Assembly: GCA_050248615.1 (NCBI GenBank)
Contig: JBFWSA010000019.1
Coordinates: 1 to 45,453, forward strand
DNA from: Simkaniaceae bacterium
GTDB lineage: Bacteria; Chlamydiota; Chlamydiia; Chlamydiales; Simkaniaceae
DNA length: 45,453 nt
Direction of reading: 5' to 3'
The translations under genes and the position numbers were made by a program. Below the pieces are notes generated by a model. It worked only from the letters and a program-made list of their open reading frames with translations. It was not told the origin of the DNA and searched no databases. Shown here in pieces: positions 38,613 through 45,453 of this stretch (its first letter is position 1; each line of letters begins with the position of its first letter).

Positions 38613-40291
38613 TATTGGATCGCCTTGAGCAAGAGTCCAGCAAGCGCATAGCGATTTTTAGGGTTTCCCGAACGGAGCGAGGTGAGTAAAATGTCGATTC
38701 CGTGGAAATCATGACTTTCCGCTAAACTTTCAAAAGCTTCGATTAAGAGGCGCGATGTTTCTTCGGGTGTGAGTTGAAAGGAAGAAGGATTGGCTTCTTT
38801 ACGATCGGTCCAAGAGAGCATCGCGCGGAAGCGAATCAACTCGTGATCTTTTCGCGATTCAATCCACTGATAAAGGGTCTCTTTATGAGGGCCTTCGACA
38901 TGCATCCGGTAAAGGGCCAAATGACAATAGGTACGAATAAAAGGTGCTCCTGCATGACGGGATTCTTCTTGAAGGAGAGCGATCGCTTCTGGAGTGTTTA
39001 CATTCTCCAGTAAACGGACTAAAAAGGGAATCAGATCGTTTTGCTTATTGAGAAAAATGGCGCGTGCAATACTTAAAAAATCTTCTTCCGGAAGCTCTAA
39101 AGCATCCTGCAAAATTTGTTCACGGAGCGCCAGAGTGATAGAGGGAATATCTTGCTGTGTTTTTTTTGCATATTGGGTGCAAGAGGGAATCACTTTCCAC
39201 GCCATGAGAGTATGGCCTAACGAATAGATAGGTTGAAATCCCAAGTCCTTTTCATCTTTAATGAGCATTTGCAACAGGGTGGGAACGCACCGAGGGTCAC
39301 GTTTTTTCAGGAGAACCAAAGCACTGTTTGCCCGGATATGAAAGTTGTAATCTTTTAGGAGGGAAAGGAGGAGGGGTTCTGTGTTGGGCATCTGAATCAG
39401 CAGGGGAATCGCTAAAGGGTTTTTCTGGAGGGCACTCTCCATAATGGGTTCGCGGTAGCTATGGTCTCCTAAGAGGGTCAACGAGCGGCACGCGGCTAAT
39501 TTTACATTCACGTAGGGGGACTCAGAAAGCTTTTTTAGAAGGGGAATGGAGTGAGAATCTTTTAGGTACCCCAAAGCTGCAGCACAGGTTTCTTGTTCTG
39601 CTTGATCAGAATGGGTCGCTCCTGCCCGAATGTCATTTAAAAAATCATCACGCCCAAATTTGGCTGCTGCCAAGATGGCTGCTAAACGTACATTTAGGTG
39701 GCGATCGCCAATCATCCTTTTTAAGATTCCCATCGCATCCGAAGTGCCAATCATCCCAAAGAGTTCAGGGAAATAGACATGAAAGAAAGGGGGGAGTTTT
39801 TGCATGAGAGAGTCGATCATTCCCGTTACGGGCTCCGATTTTCGCATGGCTAGAGCATAAGCCGCCTCTAAACGGATCATCAGAAAGGGGGAGCTAAAAG
39901 CTTTAAAAAGGAGTTGTTCGACTTGGTCATCTTGAACGTAGCTCAAAAACTGGATTGTAGCCATTTGAAGGAGGGGATTTTGGCTCGACATTCCCATATC
40001 ATAAATATCCATTCCTTCTAAGGACCCTGCCATCCCTAGTCCATACATGCTGAGGAGTTGGCTCTCCTCATCATTGCTATAGGCCCCTTGGTTAATCAGG
40101 ATATATCCCATCTGCTCCAAAACGGTGAAGTCATGCTTTCCTGTTTGCTTCACGTAATCTTGATAGAGTTGGATCCCTCGCTCTGCTTCCCCGGCTTGCA
40201 TCAAATAGAGGACTTGGTTTTTGGAGATGGGGGGCTCACTTCCCCAAAGGGAGAAGATCGCAAGAAAAGTTAAGAGGAGATAGCGTCCCAT
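38612..40291 (-). CDS. Exported HEAT-repeat protein (conserved chlamydial)
   Basis: Signal peptide and repeated helical motifs (IRLEAAYALA, VRLAAILAAA, VKLAACRSL, IRANSALVL). Confidence 0.85.
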   Translation of the reverse strand: MGRYLLLTFLAIFSLWGSEPPISKNQVLYLMQAGEAERGIQLYQDYVKQTGKHDFTVLEQMGYILINQGAYSNDEESQLLSMYGLGMAGSLEGMDIYDMGMSSQNPLLQMATIQFLSYVQDDQVEQLLFKAFSSPFLMIRLEAAYALAMRKSEPVTGMIDSLMQKLPPFFHVYFPELFGMIGTSDAMGILKRMIGDRHLNVRLAAILAAAKFGRDDFLNDIRAGATHSDQAEQETCAAALGYLKDSHSIPLLKKLSESPYVNVKLAACRSLTLLGDHSYREPIMESALQKNPLAIPLLIQMPNTEPLLLSLLKDYNFHIRANSALVLLKKRDPRCVPTLLQMLIKDEKDLGFQPIYSLGHTLMAWKVIPSCTQYAKKTQQDIPSITLALREQILQDALELPEEDFLSIARAIFLNKQNDLIPFLVRLLENVNTPEAIALLQEESRHAGAPFIRTYCHLALYRMHVEGPHKETLYQWIESRKDHELIRFRAMLSWTDRKEANPSSFQLTPEETSRLLIEAFESLAESHDFHGIDILLTSLRSGNPKNRYALAGLLLKAIQ

Positions 40292-40854
40292 AAATCGATT
40301 CCTACCTGCTTTAAGAGAGCGTTTAATGTGTTCACCGGTAACCCTACCACATTATAGAAACATCCTTCAATCCGTTTTACAAGCAAACTCCCTCTTTCTT
40401 GAATGCCATAGCTTCCCGCTTTATCTTGGCCATGTGCTCCCTTGATGTAAGTTTCAATCTGCCGATCGGAAAGTTCGTTGAAGGTCACTAGGGTCGTGTC
40501 CGCACCGCTATAGACCTTTTCCCCCTTGCGGACAGAGACTCCCGAAACGACTAAATGCGATTTGCCAGAGAGTTTTTTAAGAGTTTTGCGTGCTTCCTCA
40601 TCCGTTGAGGGTTTGAGGAGAATCTCCTTTTCAAAGACCACCACTGTATCCGCTGTGATGACAACATCGGTTGGAAACGCTTTTAAAAGAGCTTCCCCCT
40701 TTTTTTCGGCAATTTCCTGTACATAGCGATTGACATCTCCTGTAAAGGAAACTTTTGATTCGTCAAAATCTGAGGAGGTGGCCACTAAAGGGATAGAGAA
40801 AAATTGAAGGATTTCTCTCCTTCTAGGGGACTGGGATCCTAGGATAACTCTCAT
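40270..40854 (-). CDS. maf: Maf-family nucleoside triphosphate pyrophosphatase
   Basis: Motifs ILGSQSPRRREIL, ITADTVV, DKAGSYGIQ and YNVVGLP. ATG at 40854. Confidence 0.95.
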   Translation of the reverse strand: MRVILGSQSPRRREILQFFSIPLVATSSDFDESKVSFTGDVNRYVQEIAEKKGEALLKAFPTDVVITADTVVVFEKEILLKPSTDEEARKTLKKLSGKSHLVVSGVSVRKGEKVYSGADTTLVTFNELSDRQIETYIKGAHGQDKAGSYGIQERGSLLVKRIEGCFYNVVGLPVNTLNALLKQVGIDLWDAISS

Positions 40855-41002
40855 TACTACTCTCAAATCATTTTTTCATTCAGAGAATGATTGTAAATTC
40901 GTCGATTTTTTGCTATCATTTTCGCCCGAATAGCTTCTTAATGGACAATTTTTTAATAACAGGGTCAAAAATTAGGGAGCGCATAAGAAGGAGTTTTTTG
41001 TT

Positions 41003-42661
41003 ATGGTGGTTTCCCCTATTGATCATAACCGCTCGCAAAGTGAAATGCTTGGAGGAAAGCAGTCTACTGTCCAACTGAGGCCTATGCAAAAAGGGATGGG
41101 GCAAGTTCCCGATCATTTACCCGCGCCCCCCGATAGCGCTTTTTTAGAAGGGGTATTTTCTGCTCTTTCGCATTGTTTGGTCACCCTTTACAATTGGATC
41201 ACCTATTTCATCCAACTCCCTTTTCAATGGTTATTTGGAAGAGAAGAGGTGCGAGAGGTTGCCGATCCTATAGGGAATAGACCTAACAAAGCTTCTGATG
41301 CAGCTTTAGAGGAAAATCCAGAATGGAAACATGCGGAGCTTTTAGCCTCCATGACAGAGGGAGATGTAAAAGCTCGGATCAGGATTTTATTGGAAGTGGC
41401 TGATAAAGCGGGCAATAAAGATCTTAAAGTCAAGCGAGCCGAAGCCTTTGCCATCATCCGCTTATTTAATGAAAAAGAACCAGACACTTTTAAAGCGATT
41501 ATCACCATCTATTGCGCTAAAACAAAGCAAGCGGTTCCAGAAGACCTAACCGAGCTGTTAGCAGGGGAATTTAAACTTGAGACCTTTTATGCAGCGATTG
41601 TAGAGTATCAGTTGCACGATACACTTGAAGAGATTCGAGCAGCTGATCCCCTCGATCAATATGATGTTCTTTTTAGAGCGATCCCTGAAGGGGCGGATCG
41701 AGAATTAGAGCCTGAGAAAAAAGAAATTCTCACAGCGGTCCGTATCCTCATGAAAGCCCTATCTAAAGGGCGTCAAAGCGCTATTGGATTTCATATGGCT
41801 GCAATCGATAGAAGTGAGCGCTACCAGGGCGCACTAGGCTTTAATGCAGCGTATGATCAAGCTTTTTCTATGGAAGATTACTTGAAAGGAAAGAAAGTGC
41901 ATCTGGGATTGATTCGTGAAGCCCTACCGCAAGTCTATTATGGAACCATTTACGCGACATTTGGTGCTGAGGATACACCGATCGCTACTAAGTTAGACCT
42001 ATTGCATCGGGGCGTAAGTCGGTTAGAGCCTGAGCTAATCTCTGGGATGCTAGAGGCTTTTAAAGAGAATAATGGAGAGGCTCATGCTATCCTGATCCAC
42101 GTTCTAGGTGGACAAGAGGTGACTAACAAAGAAGCTGTCCTCGCTGCGATTGAACCGACAAAACAAGAAATTGTGAGACGAGGTGAAGAAGCACTCCAAC
42201 AAGCGGCAAGAGTGACCCTCCTGTCTAATCTACGAGAGGGGAGTCGCCCTTATCAAGATCAGGTTGCTTTGTTAAAGGGATGTTATGAAAGAGGAGAGGA
42301 TCGAGAAGCCTTGAAAGCCTTTGCATCCGTGCCAGCCCAACGGGAAGCCTTTGCTACCCATATTGTAAAGGTCTTTAAGGACGAGGAACGCGCAGTCCTT
42401 TCAGCCCTTGCTAAAGAAGTTATCCCGTCGCATCCCGATCGAGCTGGTTTAGGAAGTCAATTGGGCATGTTATGGAGTTCGACAACAACTGCAGCTTGGA
42501 ACCAATCGGTTGCTTTTATCCCGGCTGATTCGGAGCGGACCCAGAGAGATAAAGCTGCCATCGAGGAGTACTTAAAATTAGAAGCTACGTATGAAACGCT
42601 CTCACGCGAGCACGTATTGATTGGACTCAGACCGAGTCCTGCGAAAAGACTCTTCTTTTAG
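41003..42661 (+). CDS. Hypothetical helical protein, candidate secreted effector
   Basis: 552 aa with an AGGAG RBS. Disordered Ser/Pro-rich N-terminus followed by an aromatic hydrophobic segment. Confidence 0.8.
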   Translation: MVVSPIDHNRSQSEMLGGKQSTVQLRPMQKGMGQVPDHLPAPPDSAFLEGVFSALSHCLVTLYNWITYFIQLPFQWLFGREEVREVADPIGNRPNKASDAALEENPEWKHAELLASMTEGDVKARIRILLEVADKAGNKDLKVKRAEAFAIIRLFNEKEPDTFKAIITIYCAKTKQAVPEDLTELLAGEFKLETFYAAIVEYQLHDTLEEIRAADPLDQYDVLFRAIPEGADRELEPEKKEILTAVRILMKALSKGRQSAIGFHMAAIDRSERYQGALGFNAAYDQAFSMEDYLKGKKVHLGLIREALPQVYYGTIYATFGAEDTPIATKLDLLHRGVSRLEPELISGMLEAFKENNGEAHAILIHVLGGQEVTNKEAVLAAIEPTKQEIVRRGEEALQQAARVTLLSNLREGSRPYQDQVALLKGCYERGEDREALKAFASVPAQREAFATHIVKVFKDEERAVLSALAKEVIPSHPDRAGLGSQLGMLWSSTTTAAWNQSVAFIPADSERTQRDKAAIEEYLKLEATYETLSREHVLIGLRPSPAKRLFF

Positions 42662-42738
42662 GATGTCCTTGAACTTAATGGAGCCTTAACGTTAAAATAT
42701 TTTTTTATACAAAAAATCCTTCGTATTAAAGGAGTACA

Positions 42739-44319
42739 ATGATGCCAACCCCCATCCCTTCTGAGCGCCTTCCTGAGGTGGCCCCTACAGTGACCCATCA
42801 ATCCCTATTAGAGCCCTCGCAGTTGCGCTCTCAAGCGGCCCCTCCAAGGGATAGCCTGGAGATGCATGATAGTGGCTTTTGCTCCTGGATTTCAGATGCC
42901 TTCTGGTATGTGATCGATTGTATCAATGTGGTTTATGACACGGTTGTTCTATTTTTTTGGAATGTCTTGGCGCGCATAGGGATCGTGAATCCTCCAGATG
43001 CCCCCAATCCTCAGCCCGTTATTGTCCCCTTTGTTGAGAGAGCAGCTTTAATCAAAGGAAAATTTGATGGGCTATCCCCTCTGGAGCAGGTGAGCACGCT
43101 TCGGGAGATTTCCTGCCGCTGGACTTATGAACAGGGAGAGCGTCAAGGGTTGATTCATGAACTTAAAGATAAACTTTCTGTAGAGCTGCGAGACGCTCTC
43201 ATTGATTTTGCAAAAGCAAAATGTTTTGTGGGGAGTGATATCACTCCGGAGAATGTTGCTGAATATCTTGTACGGATGAATCCCGAAAGTTACAACCTCT
43301 TCCTTAAAGGTGTCGATCTTTTTCCAGGATTTGCGCAATTTACTGTCGAAACTCTCGCCTTAGGATGGTATTTTGAAGATACGTTGAAAGGAGAGGGGAA
43401 ACCTGCGAGCCAAGAAGAAGCCCACTTGGTGGCACTCCATTGGATTGCAGAAGCTAGACCTCATCCTCGCTTTGAAAATGATCCCATTAATGAAGGGTGG
43501 GTGGATGCCCAATTTGGCGTGGCAAAGGGTAAACTCACTCCTGCTGATCGCACCCTCCTTTTAGAGGCCTATACGATCCACCAAAGGGTGGATTTTCAAC
43601 AGTTGATGGGAGCTCAAATTGCTGCGGATTACAAAAATGGGACGGTAAAAACTTTGCTTGCAAGAGTTCCTGGTTTTGATGCAGCGCGAAGGGAGGATGC
43701 AGATTATTTGCAGGGCGTTTATGAATCCTTGTCCCCGCTTCAAGTGGCAAAAATGAACGAAGATTTTTATGCACAAAATGTTCGCGTAAAAGATCAGTGG
43801 GATGGTCGTTTTGAAGCCTGGTTAAGAGATGTGAAGCGGAATGATCGAGTTTTTGGAGAAGTGCTAACTATTGCCTTTTCCCATGTTCCTAGCAAAGTGA
43901 AAGAGGTGTGTGAAGAGATGCTTGCGGATGACAATACGCATCGTGCGCAATTCATCGCTGCAAATCCTCAATGGTTCCGCAACTTCCTCGAGACCCTTGT
44001 CAGAGGAAAGATCGAAGCCGCCTTCCCAGCCAAACGGGATGAGGATAGCCCTGCACTCATTGAGCTGCGTCTACAAGAACTTTGGGAAGCTAAGCAGAAA
44101 GAAGAGAATTTTGATGGAGAGGCGACTAAAGAGGAACCCTTTAAGCAAGCGCTTATCCCCCAAGTGACCCGTGAAGTTGAAGCCAATCTCCGGCAAGAGA
44201 TCCGTGAAGGTTTGGAAAAAGCGGGATGGACTCTGGAGAATGGTGCTATTCTTGATCTTATCGATCGGGAAGAGGCGGCTACAATCAAAGCGGCGATTCG
44301 TGCCCATATGCCACGCTAA
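42739..44319 (+). CDS. Hypothetical helical protein, candidate secreted effector
   Basis: 526 aa with an AAGGAG RBS. Same N-terminal architecture as 41003-42661. Confidence 0.8.
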   Translation: MMPTPIPSERLPEVAPTVTHQSLLEPSQLRSQAAPPRDSLEMHDSGFCSWISDAFWYVIDCINVVYDTVVLFFWNVLARIGIVNPPDAPNPQPVIVPFVERAALIKGKFDGLSPLEQVSTLREISCRWTYEQGERQGLIHELKDKLSVELRDALIDFAKAKCFVGSDITPENVAEYLVRMNPESYNLFLKGVDLFPGFAQFTVETLALGWYFEDTLKGEGKPASQEEAHLVALHWIAEARPHPRFENDPINEGWVDAQFGVAKGKLTPADRTLLLEAYTIHQRVDFQQLMGAQIAADYKNGTVKTLLARVPGFDAARREDADYLQGVYESLSPLQVAKMNEDFYAQNVRVKDQWDGRFEAWLRDVKRNDRVFGEVLTIAFSHVPSKVKEVCEEMLADDNTHRAQFIAANPQWFRNFLETLVRGKIEAAFPAKRDEDSPALIELRLQELWEAKQKEENFDGEATKEEPFKQALIPQVTREVEANLRQEIREGLEKAGWTLENGAILDLIDREEAATIKAAIRAHMPR

Positions 44320-44344
44320 TGCCCCTAACTTCCTTAGAACATTT

Positions 44345-44372
44345 AAGACCCTTTAGAAAGGGTCTTTTTTTT
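44345..44372 (+). terminator. Intrinsic terminator
   Basis: AAGACCCTTT-AG-AAAGGGTCTT followed by a T-run. Confidence 0.8.
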
Positions 44373-44441
44373 GCTTTATAATTTCTTCATACTTATAATA
44401 TTTTTTTTTTACAATTTACAGCTGTCGTTAGGAGGCATACC

Positions 44442-45335
44442 ATGTCAGGATTAACACCGATTGTGAGGGGAGGAGGGGGAGATTATTCTCTTCCTGGTTC
44501 AGATTTAGAGAAAAGAGAGCGGCCAGAAGGGTACTCTCACCCTCCCTCTACAGGGCCCGATCTGTTGACATTTTTATGGCAAGGGCTCCAAGCCCTGATC
44601 GGAAAAGAACCTTCACTTGAGAAAGAGCGGGAACGTTTCGCTGAAAAATGGGGCTCTTTAGGTTTTATGGAGAAGTTAGAGGAGATTTTACGATTTAAAG
44701 AGGTGAACCTTCTGGATTGTCAAACAGCAACGGCTGTAGAATTTTTTACCCCTTTTCTGGACTCTCCTGAGATAGAGGTGGTTTTAGCAAGGGTGGGCAT
44801 CGATAGTACGACCCTCCTGGGAGCGATCCATCAACCCGATGAGTTTCAGTCCAAAGTGATATTAGGAAAATATAGAGACCACCTGGATACCTATCTGATA
44901 CATGTTACTAATGGGGCTTTGAAGATCGTGGCAAGGTCTGATGTTTCCCCCTATCGAAAAGTCGTGGAATTTTTGAGAATCGCTCAAACAGTCCCTCAAG
45001 CTGAAGATGGTTCTTTCACTGTGATGGAAGGAGTCAGGCGGTGTTATGCCGCTCTTCCGGAAGGAGACCGGAAAATATGGAGAGAGGTCTACCGGGCTCA
45101 AGGAACTGTAGGGGATGATGCGATGGTCGATTATGCGATCACTCACTCCATGGAGCATTATTTTTATATGCATATTTTAAGACCTTTATTGGAAAGTCAA
45201 GGGGAAGATCCCCAAGCCCCAGAAAAGGATTTGGCTTTCCTTCAAGCTCTACAGGAGGCTCAAGCAAGGTCTCAAGGGCGTGTTGCGGAAAGTATTATGG
45301 GGAGTATGCGCCAGCTGAGAGGGGGGCTATTATAG
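44442..45335 (+). CDS. Hypothetical protein, candidate effector; stop codon may be premature
   Basis: AGGAGG RBS; 297 aa. The same frame stays open after the TAG to the end of the window. Confidence 0.75.
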   Translation: MSGLTPIVRGGGGDYSLPGSDLEKRERPEGYSHPPSTGPDLLTFLWQGLQALIGKEPSLEKERERFAEKWGSLGFMEKLEEILRFKEVNLLDCQTATAVEFFTPFLDSPEIEVVLARVGIDSTTLLGAIHQPDEFQSKVILGKYRDHLDTYLIHVTNGALKIVARSDVSPYRKVVEFLRIAQTVPQAEDGSFTVMEGVRRCYAALPEGDRKIWREVYRAQGTVGDDAMVDYAITHSMEHYFYMHILRPLLESQGEDPQAPEKDLAFLQALQEAQARSQGRVAESIMGSMRQLRGGLL

Positions 45336-45453
45336 AGCATTGCTCAGACAGAAAAGGAGCTCTATCCTTCCCTTGCGGTTCCGTCCAAAGGGAGCTTTAT
45401 TTTGGATAATCCCCTCTCTGAGGTGGCTAAACAGGCGACAGATCACCTGGTAG

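Noticed and set aside
21526..38628. Short ORFs over elements E, A2, F and G (21526-21708, 21623-21820, 24447-24716, 33212-33424, 38416-38628) and antisense or alternate-frame ORFs inside large genes
   Set aside because: These are shadow frames with no RBS or recognisable motifs, explained by the overlapping gene or element.
1..45453. tRNA, rRNA, prophage or transposase genes
   Set aside because: None recognised by eye; a tRNAscan/Infernal/ISfinder run would be needed to exclude them formally.

Overview
Chromosomal window from an environmental Chlamydiota, probably Simkaniaceae-like. This is inferred from the double-length UvrA, the htrB-ybbR-dacA / cydAB, dxs-xseBA / tpiA-secG-def and maf-HEAT-LptD-like gene blocks, and a tandem array of Cys-poor MOMP-like porins. 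It holds about 30 genes, the SRP 4.5S RNA, a five-member tandem family of small membrane proteins and three candidate effectors. The most striking signal is non-coding: ten ~140-170 bp palindromic elements (plus one collapsed remnant) with seven different terminal-inverted-repeat (TIR) types and no transposase in the window. One element is nested inside another. Six abut, overlap or supply the stop codon of a conserved gene. Three interrupt a single secreted alpha/beta hydrolase gene (9203-10417, minus strand). Removing each of those three plus one TA copy (162, 165 and 162 bp) restores an unbroken 241-aa ORF with a signal peptide and an intact Ser-Asp-His triad.
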